Origin: a phage
Length of the DNA: 64,000 nt
Assembly: GCA_025284135.1 (NCBI GenBank)
Contig: GCA_025284135.1_3646.1
Strand: one strand, 5' to 3'
The notes under the pieces were generated by a model that ran no database searches, was not told the origin of the DNA, and saw only the letters and a list, made by a program, of their open reading frames with translations. A program made the position numbers and the translations under genes. Position 1 is the stretch's first letter. The number at the start of each line of letters is the position of its first letter. This document shows positions 18,625 to 28,135 of the stretch, piece by piece.

Positions 18625-19341
18625 ATGGCTACGCTTTATAGTGATATATTGATGGACCCACAGACAGGCGATTTGGCGATAGACAAAGGTCTTGAGTTGA
18701 TAGATTCAAACCAGGTGAGTCTGCGCCAGCGCTTGTGGATGAGATTTAATACGTGGAAGGGGAGCTGGTACTTTGACGAGTTGTTTGGCTTTCCTTATAT
18801 GGACTTTCTCAGTAAGAAGGTCATGAAGACTGTTCTTGATAACAAGATTATGGAAGTGGCAAGACAAGAGCCGGATGTGCTAAACATCATAAACTTCCAG
18901 TCTACCATGGATCGAAGATCGAGAACATACCAAGCGTTCTTTGAGGTTGTTACCAAAGAGAACGAGATTGTAAGGCTGGCTTTCGTAGGTCTTGATCAGT
19001 TTACCTACCCACAGCCTGATTCTGGGACAACCTCTCTCTGTGATGATGAAGGTTGGATTAAGTGGGCTAATAAACTGTACTACCTGATCAACTTCAGATT
19101 GCCTAGAACCGGAGATGCCACATGGTGGAACCAGTATGCTGGTCCTGAGATGGAAAACCCGATCCCTGTAGGCTCTCTGTTGACTCAGGATAAAGATCTG
19201 CTGATGACCGAGGCAGAACAAACCATTAACCGCAATACCTGGACGCTTGCTCCAGATGAGCGCGAATACTCTGGTGTTATTGCTACCTCCAATGATGAGG
19301 CTATTGCCAACCAGTCTGGTCGTGCTATTGATGTTAACTAA
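18625..19341 (+). CDS. baseplate wedge protein (gp25/gpW- or XkdS-like, putative)
   Basis: 238 aa; position directly after spike; N-terminal pattern D-x-x-TGDL...SLRQRL...TWKGSWYFDELFGFP compatible with gp25/W-like small wedge proteins. Confidence 0.35.
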   Translation: MATLYSDILMDPQTGDLAIDKGLELIDSNQVSLRQRLWMRFNTWKGSWYFDELFGFPYMDFLSKKVMKTVLDNKIMEVARQEPDVLNIINFQSTMDRRSRTYQAFFEVVTKENEIVRLAFVGLDQFTYPQPDSGTTSLCDDEGWIKWANKLYYLINFRLPRTGDATWWNQYAGPEMENPIPVGSLLTQDKDLLMTEAEQTINRNTWTLAPDEREYSGVIATSNDEAIANQSGRAIDVN

Positions 19342-19350
19342 GGAGAAATC

Positions 19351-20019
19351 ATGGCTGTAGCTTATCCTACAATACCAATTCCAGATCTTGAAGATGCAGA
19401 AACAGTCCTGAGTGATGACTTCTTGGTTGTCAACCAGACTGATGGGACAAGAAAGGCTAAGATTGATGATGTTGTCAACGATCTCAGCATTACTAAAATA
19501 GTCTATTTCACAGAGGGTGGTTATCTTAAGAGCAAGAAGGACTTTGCTTATGATCCAGAGACCAAGCGCTACTACACGTGGAACGGGGACTATCCTAAAA
19601 TAATCCTCCCAGACTCCACTGTAGAGGGTGCTGGGGGTGTGTCTGCAAATGCCTGGTCTGTTTTTGGTGAGCTTGCTGCAACTTCTTCTGGCAGAATAGT
19701 TGATTACGGATCTATCGGTGGTCAGCTTAATATGGATCTTGAAGTTGCGGATACCTTTAAGGTTCGACTAACTTCAAATACCACAATCTCTTTTGAAAAT
19801 CAAACAGAAGGTCTTGAAGGGGTGGCGAGAACTATAACCGTATGCATTACTCAGACCTCTGGCGGCAACAAAGTCTATTGGCCCGGCAATGTTAAATGGT
19901 CCTACGGAAGAGATCCTATCCTAACATTTACAGCTGGTGCAACAGACATTTTCAAGTTGGAAACCTACGACAACGGGTTAACTTGGTACGGGGCACTGAT
20001 TATCGCAGGAGCTATCTAA
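19351..20019 (+). CDS. tail fibre/tailspike anchor-domain protein
   Basis: 222 aa; N-terminal ~100 aa clearly paralogous to the N-terminus of the 1270-aa fibre at 22655 (DDFLVVNQTDGTRKAKIDDVV...FTEGGYLKSKKDFAY vs DDYLVVQQPDLTRRVKIGDVV...FKEGGKLNGPMDFAY). Confidence 0.5.
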   Translation: MAVAYPTIPIPDLEDAETVLSDDFLVVNQTDGTRKAKIDDVVNDLSITKIVYFTEGGYLKSKKDFAYDPETKRYYTWNGDYPKIILPDSTVEGAGGVSANAWSVFGELAATSSGRIVDYGSIGGQLNMDLEVADTFKVRLTSNTTISFENQTEGLEGVARTITVCITQTSGGNKVYWPGNVKWSYGRDPILTFTAGATDIFKLETYDNGLTWYGALIIAGAI

Positions 20020-20020
20020 G

Positions 20021-22618
20021 ATGCGTATTCAACATAACATTGATAACGTATTTCAGATGATTGAGGGGCACAGGAAGTGCCTCGATAACAACACAGGTAT
20101 TACCAACACCCCTACACAAAATAAGCTAGTAAACCCTGATGGTCTTATAGCTGCAGGGTGGGCAGGTAATAAGATAAATAATGATTGGGCAATGCATGAG
20201 TCCCAAGCTGTGTTGATTCTGGGATACATTGAAGCATACAGGGCATCGAAAAGCGATTTCTATCTGGATAGGGCAAAAGATGCTTGGGAAGCTTACAATA
20301 GTCATCTTCTGGGTGCATATGCAGTAGAAAGTAAAATGCAAAGATTGTCCCACTACCCTCTATCTACAGATGGGGTTCCATCACATGGTGGGTTTAAAGA
20401 TGTGGTGGTGTCTTTTACCAATGGTAGAGGAAAAATCCCAGCTGGATCTCCGACATGGGGAGAATACCTGGACAAGGCATTCCAAGCGTATAACGGTGTG
20501 TTAGGAAGAAACACGGTAGACTCCGATGTTTACGGTGGCACAGATGCTGACCCAGATTGGACAACATCCGGATTAAGTTGGTGGGTTGAGTGGTATATAG
20601 CATGGGATGGTAACCGCTATTGGGCTAACGGTAGCATAGCCGACAGTGGTCATACGTCTGTAGAGTTCGGCACAATCCAATTACAAGATAAGGGTGTTAC
20701 AGGAAGCCACAAGGTAACCTATTGTGTAAGATTACCTCAAGAGCAGGGTGGATCGGTGATACCTGCAGGATCCCCTGTAATTGTGAATCCTATAAACGTG
20801 GTTGCAGACAATCAAGCCCCAGAGTTGGACGGGGAAGAAATGTGGTGTGACGCTTGTTATCAACTCTACACCTTGACAGGTGAGGAAAAGTATTACACCG
20901 CGTTTAAACAGTCTTACAACAAGTTGCTTAATTTCAGTGATATAAACGCCTACGACAAACTGTTTAGAAAGACCACGTTGATTAAGGCACCATTTACAGA
21001 TGGTGCTTGTCTTGTTGCAGGAACAGTTCCTGTCATGAGCAGGGATAGTGACGGGTATATCAATTTTAGAATGAACGCACGCCAGCCTTGCGAAATAATT
21101 CAAAAAGGGACTACATACAAAATAGGCAGAGATGCTGAAATTGTTATGAATTTCGGAGGAGAAGGGGTTCTGTTCCAGCCACATTTCATCCTTAATGATG
21201 GCAACAATAACAAAAAACAGTACAGGATAGGTGTTCCTTTTGGGGGTGCAGAGGTAACAGAAATAGTTGCCAAGGTTACTGATTTCGTAGAGGTAGTTGG
21301 TAAAGACGGTAATCCGTACCTCTTACCTAAAGAGGAAAACATTGCCGTGAGCGGTGGTGCCAGTGTTAGTATGCAGTACGATACCGACATTTACAACCAC
21401 TCTGACAACTTCACCCGTTGTAATATAGCAAGGGGCAAAGTAACTTTCAATTTTGGAAGAGAGATTTCTTTAAACTCAGTAACTTATCGATCAGATGATG
21501 AGATGGTAAGGGTCAAATTTCTTGACAAAGACAGGTGGTTATGGTATGCTGATCTATATGCCACTAATGGACAATGGATAACAGAAACTCTTACTCTAGG
21601 AGATTTCAAACTAGATCCGACACAACCTCATCACACCGAAGAAGAGATTAAACCTTTCTTTGCTAATCCTAAGGGGCTCACCTCTGTAGATTTCAGCCTA
21701 AGCGACAGGCAGATAGGTAATGGCTTGTTTGACCTATATTGCGTCAACACACTGCCACAATTTTATATTGCAGATAGAGATGCTTATCTAATCTGGTTTA
21801 GCGTATGGATGGCAAGCAAGACAGAATCAACCGCTAGGGTTGGCGATTGCTATGTCAGAAACTACAAGCAAGGCGCATACAGGCACACACCGGGTGTGTT
21901 CCCTGCCGGAAAGGTGATAGATAAGGAAAACTATCTCTTAGAGGAAAAGCCAAATTGGCCCTACCCTGGCATGCAATATCCAGCAATCTACTGCATGGGT
22001 GCAGAAAACATAGATCGCCATAGATTGTCAAATACAATAGGCTTTCTGTATGACGCTCAAGTCTGGTATAATAATACATTTAAGACAGAGGGTCCAGTTG
22101 CCTCGCGTTATGTATGGCAGAGAGGTAATGAAGGGCTGACTGGTTGGTGGGAGATGGTAGATAACTCTAAACTCCAGTCAAGATCTTTTGTTGCTGCGTG
22201 CCGCACAATATATGAGCTCAAGAAACATAAAGAACCTGTTGATGAAAGACTATTCCTGTTCTGCCAGAAATGGGCATGGTTCCTCAACAGATTCCAGTCA
22301 TCTCATTCAGGAAATCTGCCCACAGACTTTAACACCTCTGGGGGATATTCTTATCAAGACAGAGGAGACAGGATGTGGGTGGTAGGTGAATGGCTTGCAG
22401 GTTGCTGCTGGCTAGGTCTGTGCGGGTATTCAGAGACAATACCTCAAATAGATATTGTTGTGGAAGCCTGTGTGAAGCTACTGCAAAAGCACCACTTCAT
22501 TAATGGGGATAATATTTTAAACGGCTGCTGGGCAGTTTCTGATCCGGTTGGCTATCACTCTGGCGAAATCCTTCGCGGTCTGGGCCTTTATGCTCAATAC
22601 CGTGGATTGTACCTTTAA
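20021..22618 (+). CDS. large tail-associated protein, possibly enzymatic (depolymerase-like?)
   Basis: 865 aa; Trp/Tyr-rich, no fibre-like repeats; start 2 nt after the anchor-domain gene; function inferred from context only. Confidence 0.3.
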   Translation: MRIQHNIDNVFQMIEGHRKCLDNNTGITNTPTQNKLVNPDGLIAAGWAGNKINNDWAMHESQAVLILGYIEAYRASKSDFYLDRAKDAWEAYNSHLLGAYAVESKMQRLSHYPLSTDGVPSHGGFKDVVVSFTNGRGKIPAGSPTWGEYLDKAFQAYNGVLGRNTVDSDVYGGTDADPDWTTSGLSWWVEWYIAWDGNRYWANGSIADSGHTSVEFGTIQLQDKGVTGSHKVTYCVRLPQEQGGSVIPAGSPVIVNPINVVADNQAPELDGEEMWCDACYQLYTLTGEEKYYTAFKQSYNKLLNFSDINAYDKLFRKTTLIKAPFTDGACLVAGTVPVMSRDSDGYINFRMNARQPCEIIQKGTTYKIGRDAEIVMNFGGEGVLFQPHFILNDGNNNKKQYRIGVPFGGAEVTEIVAKVTDFVEVVGKDGNPYLLPKEENIAVSGGASVSMQYDTDIYNHSDNFTRCNIARGKVTFNFGREISLNSVTYRSDDEMVRVKFLDKDRWLWYADLYATNGQWITETLTLGDFKLDPTQPHHTEEEIKPFFANPKGLTSVDFSLSDRQIGNGLFDLYCVNTLPQFYIADRDAYLIWFSVWMASKTESTARVGDCYVRNYKQGAYRHTPGVFPAGKVIDKENYLLEEKPNWPYPGMQYPAIYCMGAENIDRHRLSNTIGFLYDAQVWYNNTFKTEGPVASRYVWQRGNEGLTGWWEMVDNSKLQSRSFVAACRTIYELKKHKEPVDERLFLFCQKWAWFLNRFQSSHSGNLPTDFNTSGGYSYQDRGDRMWVVGEWLAGCCWLGLCGYSETIPQIDIVVEACVKLLQKHHFINGDNILNGCWAVSDPVGYHSGEILRGLGLYAQYRGLYL

Positions 22619-22622
22619 CATA

Positions 22623-22644
22623 GGGGGGCTGTTTGCCCCCTTTC
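22623..22644 (+). terminator. weak intrinsic terminator/attenuator
   Basis: GGGGGGC-TGTTT-GCCCCC hairpin followed by only TTT. Confidence 0.35.
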
Positions 22645-22654
22645 AGGAGAAAGA

Positions 22655-25600
22655 ATGGCTGATATTAAAGTTGTCAGAATTGAATCTCTTCCTGCCACTA
22701 CCGCAGTGACAGAGGATGATTACCTGGTTGTTCAACAACCAGACCTGACCCGTCGTGTAAAAATTGGCGATGTTGTCCATGTTGATGGGACTGTTTCTCA
22801 TGTAATCTCCTTTAAGGAAGGTGGTAAGTTAAACGGCCCAATGGATTTTGCCTACTTCGAAGAGGAAGACCTCTACCTGCGTTGGAAAGGCGAATTTCCG
22901 CACACTGTTCCTGCACTATCTTCACCGTACTCCGATGGCGGGATTACTGACGCTGCATGGATGGTATATACAGACCCGTCATTAAGGGAGGAGCTGGAAT
23001 CTACCATTGGCGCATCTATGATCATGACAGCCGAAGGGCAGTCTGTCCAGGATGTAATGGATGTTACTGTTCAGACAGCTAACGATGCCAAAGCACTTGC
23101 ACAGCGTGTAGATTTTGGTACAGTGCACACTGTAGGCGATGTTATTCACCTTGATAACTTTGTTGGCCCTGCAGTTATTGAAGAGGGAAGAACTACCAAC
23201 TACCCTTCTGCAGCAGCTGGTGAAAAATTTCTGAACGGTGTGGTATCTCGTCGTGATACTACAACTGTTGATGGTATTTTCCGTGGCGCTACCTCCGGAG
23301 CCATGTATACCATTGCAGTAACCAACGGTGTAGCAACAACAAAAAGAATAGCACTTCGTGATGAATTTAAACGCCTGGAGGCAAACAACCCAACAAGAAC
23401 AGTTATCCGTGCTGGAGATGATTTAAACACGGCAGGGTACTTGCAGCTTGATGCAACAGGCCGTTGGGGTATGTGGAACCAACAAACAGCCTCGTGGCAA
23501 CCTCTTGCTATAGAGCAAGGCGGTACAGGGGCCAGAGATGCCGCTGGAGTCCGTATCAATATCGGGGCTTTCTATAAGCAACGTGCAGCCCTTGAGCCAA
23601 ATTTCAATATCAATAACTTGACTGGTAATCAGGATGGTGTATACTACCAGCCGATGACTGCTTATGCAACTGAGGCAAATGGTTATCCTGCAGGTTCTGG
23701 TGCTGGTCACTTGATTGTTTGGCAGAACAATGCTAACGGTGGTACAGGTTGTCGTCAGGAATACTATCCATTCTCTAACGTAGATGTTTGGTATTTGAGA
23801 ACCTATCAGGCCAATACAAACCAGTGGACTGCATGGCAGCCGATGGTCAGACCTCGTAACGATGATACCTTTAGATCGCACATCGGCCTTGGTAAAAACA
23901 ACTCACCAGCCTTCGGGCACCTTTACTTAGCTCAATACTCTGGAGATGTCAAATCGGCCTCAGGTATTCTCCATGGAGATAAATATAACACTGATGGTGT
24001 TCTTGAGCATGGCTATAGGATCTATTCTGAGGTAAGAAACGACAATAAGGCTTGGTTGACAATCCACCTGCACAAAGGTGCAAAAGGATCTGAAACCCAT
24101 AGATATTTAGGCTTCCGTGAGGATGGGGTCTTAGATTGTCCTAAATATATGCAGGTTGGTGATCTGAACGGTCAGATGGCAAACTGGGGACTTGGAGAAT
24201 GGATCCGCAGTTCAGGAGCAGAAAGAGGTTTCTGGGGATCTAAGAAAGCCGCCAAGATGGTCATCTGGGATGGCGGTATGGACGAGCAAGGTGAAGGAAC
24301 GCTTGAGTGGGGTGTTTATAACAACCGGAAAGCCAAATGGGAACCACTACCGATAGCTTGTGGTGGTACCAGTGCCAGGACTGTAGGGGATGCTCAAGCA
24401 CAATTCAGAATCCCTCTGGCAGCAGGTACTAGACCATATGTAAACCTGCCTAGAACTGCAGCTATGCAGGACGGTAAGTATTATCCTATTATCGTCAGAA
24501 CTGACCCCAACTTTGCAGCAACTATCGGGACAGATTTAACCATTGTCACCAGATCTTCTTCTGGCGGCGACCCAATGAACTGTGCTACACTACAGTGTCA
24601 CTACAGAACTGGTGGCTGGACAGACAGAGGTGATTCTTTCCAAGGGGTTATTAATTTCTACCAAAACGAGAAAGCAATCCTCGGATGTGTATCTCCAACC
24701 AGAGGTAAGCAGGAGTATGTTGCATTCTATGTAGAGGCACGTGCATTCCCTGTTACAGTATATGCTGGTGCTACTGTAATAGAAGTGTCAACCAGGGAGG
24801 TTGATTGGCAGGTAGGCAACGTGACAGGTAACCAAGATGGTGTCAAGTTCTGTGCTCCTCTGGCATCTGCAGATTTGAGTCTTGCAATCAAAGGTGATGA
24901 TGTAACAAACACCAGACCTCTGGTTGAGTTCAAAGGAACATCAGGTTTCTACACTGGTGGTGGAACTATGTGGCACTACCTGGGGACTCCTGAACGCTAT
25001 GCAGTGATGAGCAAAATGAACATGCCTAAAGTCGAGCTTTGGGCAGACGGTATTGACTACATTTGTCCTGGTAGTCAGACCACTAGAAAAGCACTGTTCT
25101 CTAACGCAGGGTTCCAAGCTGCATCGGAAGGAACAGAGGATCTGATCAACAACACCTTTACCTCTAAATGTGGTAATGGTGCAAGACTGCAAGGCCAGGC
25201 AGAGTTCAGATCTACTCCGGAAGCTGGTCAAGTTATCGTTCGCGATGTTGTAGGTACAGCTCATAAGTTCTACAATTTCAACAAAGACGGCACATTTTTC
25301 CCTCCTGGAGGCTATGTTTGCCAGACAGGCGCTGACTGGAACAATCAGTTTGGTAATACAAACCCCTCCAAGATAATGGCTGGCAATGTCAACGGGCCGG
25401 AAGGTTCGATGGTTGTTGGAGGACTGTCTGTGGCGTTTTCTGGAAACTATGCTTTCCAAATGGCTGGTCGCCTTGATCAGTTATACACCAGATCTATCGA
25501 GGGTGGTAACCATAGGGCATGGAACAAAGTTATTCAGCACCGTGGTCAAGGTCTGGGGACAGAAGACCTTAATAACTACGATGGTAGCCGTGAAGGTTTC

Positions 25601-26467
25601 TATCACCAGGGTTCAAACGCTGACGCACTTGTAATAGCTCGTCACTACCCTGCTCCGTACGCTGGTACGCTGCTTGTTTACAAAAACACAGCCAACAGAC
25701 CGCAAGGTTGTGTGCAGGAATACATTACCTATTTTGGTGACAGATATACTCGTGCTGGTAACTACGTTGGCGATGTCTTTACTTGGGAAGAATGGAGACA
25801 CGATGCTGGTAAGGGCATTCAGTTAAGACCTAATTACAATTTCGGTGAAAACAGTACTCAGCTGGAAATTCATGTTGGTGCTAATGGTCTTCCATCCAAC
25901 GCCGATAACTTACCTACCAACAGTGCTATACTCCATTATTGGGGTAACGGCAGTGCAGGGACTCGTCCAAACGTGTTAGAGTTTAAGGTTCTTGACGAGT
26001 CTCAATCGGCTTATGTATGGCATTGCGGTACCTTGCCGGATAAATCAAGATATCTTTCTGTAAACGGTGCTGTGAATTGCACATCTGTCAATCAGAGTTC
26101 TGACAGAGACCTGAAAGATAACATATCTGTTATTCCTGATGCGTTAGAAGCTATCCGGAAGATGAAGGGTTATACTTACACTCTTAAAGAGAACGGTATG
26201 CCTTATGCAGGTGTTATAGCACAAGAAGTGCTTGAAGCGTTGCCGGAAGCAGTTAGCTCTTTCGTGCAAAGAAAGGAAATCCCAAACCCTGATCAAGATG
26301 GAACTCCTTTGATAACAGAGGAAAGATTCTACAGCGTGGATTACGCAGCCGTAACAGGCTTGCTTGTCCAGGTTTGCAGGGAACAGGACGATAAAATAAC
26401 CGCCCTTGAGGAGCAGGTTAAAAAATTGACGGAGGTTGTTACTGGGTTGCAAGAGAAACTGAAGTAA
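22655..26467 (+). CDS. tail fibre/tailspike protein with C-terminal intramolecular chaperone (peptidase S74-like) domain
   Basis: 1270 aa; N-terminal anchor domain shared with 19351 gene; C-terminal 122 aa (SDRDLKDNISVIPDALEAIRKMKGYTYTLKENG...AGVIAQEVLEALPEAV...coiled coil) matches the auto-cleaving chaperone domain of endosialidases and T5 L-shaped fibres. Confidence 0.8.
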   Translation: MADIKVVRIESLPATTAVTEDDYLVVQQPDLTRRVKIGDVVHVDGTVSHVISFKEGGKLNGPMDFAYFEEEDLYLRWKGEFPHTVPALSSPYSDGGITDAAWMVYTDPSLREELESTIGASMIMTAEGQSVQDVMDVTVQTANDAKALAQRVDFGTVHTVGDVIHLDNFVGPAVIEEGRTTNYPSAAAGEKFLNGVVSRRDTTTVDGIFRGATSGAMYTIAVTNGVATTKRIALRDEFKRLEANNPTRTVIRAGDDLNTAGYLQLDATGRWGMWNQQTASWQPLAIEQGGTGARDAAGVRINIGAFYKQRAALEPNFNINNLTGNQDGVYYQPMTAYATEANGYPAGSGAGHLIVWQNNANGGTGCRQEYYPFSNVDVWYLRTYQANTNQWTAWQPMVRPRNDDTFRSHIGLGKNNSPAFGHLYLAQYSGDVKSASGILHGDKYNTDGVLEHGYRIYSEVRNDNKAWLTIHLHKGAKGSETHRYLGFREDGVLDCPKYMQVGDLNGQMANWGLGEWIRSSGAERGFWGSKKAAKMVIWDGGMDEQGEGTLEWGVYNNRKAKWEPLPIACGGTSARTVGDAQAQFRIPLAAGTRPYVNLPRTAAMQDGKYYPIIVRTDPNFAATIGTDLTIVTRSSSGGDPMNCATLQCHYRTGGWTDRGDSFQGVINFYQNEKAILGCVSPTRGKQEYVAFYVEARAFPVTVYAGATVIEVSTREVDWQVGNVTGNQDGVKFCAPLASADLSLAIKGDDVTNTRPLVEFKGTSGFYTGGGTMWHYLGTPERYAVMSKMNMPKVELWADGIDYICPGSQTTRKALFSNAGFQAASEGTEDLINNTFTSKCGNGARLQGQAEFRSTPEAGQVIVRDVVGTAHKFYNFNKDGTFFPPGGYVCQTGADWNNQFGNTNPSKIMAGNVNGPEGSMVVGGLSVAFSGNYAFQMAGRLDQLYTRSIEGGNHRAWNKVIQHRGQGLGTEDLNNYDGSREGFYHQGSNADALVIARHYPAPYAGTLLVYKNTANRPQGCVQEYITYFGDRYTRAGNYVGDVFTWEEWRHDAGKGIQLRPNYNFGENSTQLEIHVGANGLPSNADNLPTNSAILHYWGNGSAGTRPNVLEFKVLDESQSAYVWHCGTLPDKSRYLSVNGAVNCTSVNQSSDRDLKDNISVIPDALEAIRKMKGYTYTLKENGMPYAGVIAQEVLEALPEAVSSFVQRKEIPNPDQDGTPLITEERFYSVDYAAVTGLLVQVCREQDDKITALEEQVKKLTEVVTGLQEKLK
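26096..26467 (+). other. intramolecular chaperone auto-processing domain (S74-like) within fibre gene
   Basis: S-D-x-x-L-K signature (QSSDRDLK) with predicted cleavage before the Ser; ends in a coiled-coil segment. Confidence 0.7.
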
Positions 26468-26474
26468 CTGTTTT

Positions 26475-26504
26475 GCCCTCGCTTCGGCGGGGGCTTTTTG
26501 TTTG
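26475..26504 (+). terminator. intrinsic terminator (UUCG tetraloop)
   Basis: GCCCTCGC-TTCG-GCGGGGGC followed by TTTTT. Confidence 0.75.
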
Positions 26505-26506
26505 TA

Positions 26507-26535
26507 TTGCGTATTAACTCAAAATCTGGTAAAAT
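26507..26535 (+). promoter_or_regulatory. sigma70-type promoter, extended -10 (TTGCGT-N17-TGgTAAAAT)
   Basis: Immediately downstream of terminator; shared GGTAAAATA motif. Confidence 0.5.
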
Positions 26536-26566
26536 AACTATCATGATTGTTTAACCTGGAGGCACA

Positions 26567-27157
26567 ATGTTTTTATGGGAAAGGCCTAGATACCTTCCAG
26601 ATATTAGATTGGAGCTGCTGGCAGATATTGTTACGTTTAAAAGTCCGTTTACAGGTAAAACGCAAAAAGTAACCTATGCCACACCTAACTGGAAAGGCAC
26701 TTTGACGGTTTCCAATATCAGCGAGTCACAGTTGCTAGAGCTTAAGAGCTTTGTTGATCAGGTGTATAAAGATGGAAACATCTTTCTTATTAAAACTTAC
26801 GGTCACTCAGTAACAGCTAATGAGCCAATCGCCCTTGGGCCTACTGGTAACGATGATTTTTTGAGGACGGTTGGGTGGGAGCCAAACAGAGACATAGCCA
26901 GAGTTGGGGATAAAATATCTGTCAATGATGAATTGAAAGTGGTAACAGCTCCAGTGCGTAGCGATGGTGTTGGGTCTGCTGTTATAAGCATATCTCCAAG
27001 ACTTAGAAAACCTATTGCCGCAGGGGACACTATGAAGATAATAACTCAATCCCCGAAGGGTAGGTTTCATATCAGAGATATTTATAAAATTAAGCAAAAA
27101 GTCGATGCTATGCAAAAAGGTGATAATATAGTTATCAACTTCTTTGAGGATTTCTAA
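26567..27157 (+). CDS. minor tail protein, lambda gpM-like (putative)
   Basis: 196 aa; segment WKGTLTVSNISESQLLELKSFVDQVYKDGNIFL resembles lambda gpM TYSVTLSVPREEATVLESFLEEHGGWKSFLW (recalled from memory); first gene of an M-L-K-J-like set. Confidence 0.45.
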   Translation: MFLWERPRYLPDIRLELLADIVTFKSPFTGKTQKVTYATPNWKGTLTVSNISESQLLELKSFVDQVYKDGNIFLIKTYGHSVTANEPIALGPTGNDDFLRTVGWEPNRDIARVGDKISVNDELKVVTAPVRSDGVGSAVISISPRLRKPIAAGDTMKIITQSPKGRFHIRDIYKIKQKVDAMQKGDNIVINFFEDF

Positions 27158-27710
27158 GATGATCAGAGCGCCATTAGATAATTTATTTCTTGAAAAGCTG
27201 GAGCTTGATGGTGTTGAGATCTTAATTGCTGCAAAGCTGGAGCTACCGACAGGAACTGTCAGGGTGTGCTCAGGCACTGGTGTTGTAGTAATTGAGGGGC
27301 AACATTTTATAGGGATAGGTGGGTCAGCAACATTAACCGCTGTGTCTGAGAAAGATGCCACCAACTTCGGATCTGTGGTAGCGACATTGAACGGGTTTGA
27401 TCCTAAGTATGTGGGTGATCTGCTGAAGACTGAGTATTCTGGTTGTCGTGCCACGTTGTACATTACCGCTATGGAGAATGGTCTGCCTGTTACAACTAAT
27501 GGCTTGTTTGACGGCCTTATAACAGATATGGCTATTCAGACGGGTGAGAATAGCGCTTTGTCCATATCCATCTCTTCCATCTTCAACAGTTGGTTAAGAG
27601 GTTTTCCTTATCGGTACACGGAGGAAAGCCACAGCTCAAGAAACGATAACGACAGATTTTTTAAATATGTGGATCAGGTGGCGAGCCGCCCGATCATTTG
27701 GGAGGTTTAA
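27144..27710 (+). CDS. minor tail protein, lambda gpL-like (putative)
   Basis: 188 aa; position between M-like and K-like genes; loose pattern similarity to gpL N-terminal region; overlaps neighbours by a few codons. Confidence 0.4.
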   Translation: MRISKMIRAPLDNLFLEKLELDGVEILIAAKLELPTGTVRVCSGTGVVVIEGQHFIGIGGSATLTAVSEKDATNFGSVVATLNGFDPKYVGDLLKTEYSGCRATLYITAMENGLPVTTNGLFDGLITDMAIQTGENSALSISISSIFNSWLRGFPYRYTEESHSSRNDNDRFFKYVDQVASRPIIWEV

Positions 27711-28135
27711 TGAGCACACATCCTCGTCTAGTGGACTGGCAAGAAAGATTGTGGAAAGTGTTTGACGAAGAGGCCACCATACCTTTTGAATGGGGATTCC
27801 ACGATTGTTGCACCTTTGCAGCTAAGTGTGTTGATGCCCAATACGGAACAGATTTTCTTTCTAACTTCGAAGGAACGTATAAAACAGAGTTGGAAAGCAA
27901 AAGATGGTGCATGCTCCGTTTCAAAACCACACACCTGCCTACTATTTTTGATCTCTTTATGACTCGGCTGGATACTCCTAAACAGGTTCAGCGTGGAGAT
28001 ATTGTCATTTTCGAAGGTCTGAACGGCCTCACCGCCGGTGTGTTCTGGAACAACCAGATTTGGGCGAAAGGTGATAAAGGGGTCTTTATGTTCGATATGA
28101 AAGATTCTATCGTTGTTGATGTCTGGAGGTATTAA
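27698..28135 (+). CDS. tail assembly protein with NlpC/P60-like motifs (lambda gpK-like, putative)
   Basis: 145 aa; candidate catalytic Cys in WGFHDCCTF and downstream GDIVIFEG...GVFW pattern typical of NlpC/P60 folds; directly upstream of J-like gene. Confidence 0.45.
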   Translation: MGGLMSTHPRLVDWQERLWKVFDEEATIPFEWGFHDCCTFAAKCVDAQYGTDFLSNFEGTYKTELESKRWCMLRFKTTHLPTIFDLFMTRLDTPKQVQRGDIVIFEGLNGLTAGVFWNNQIWAKGDKGVFMFDMKDSIVVDVWRY

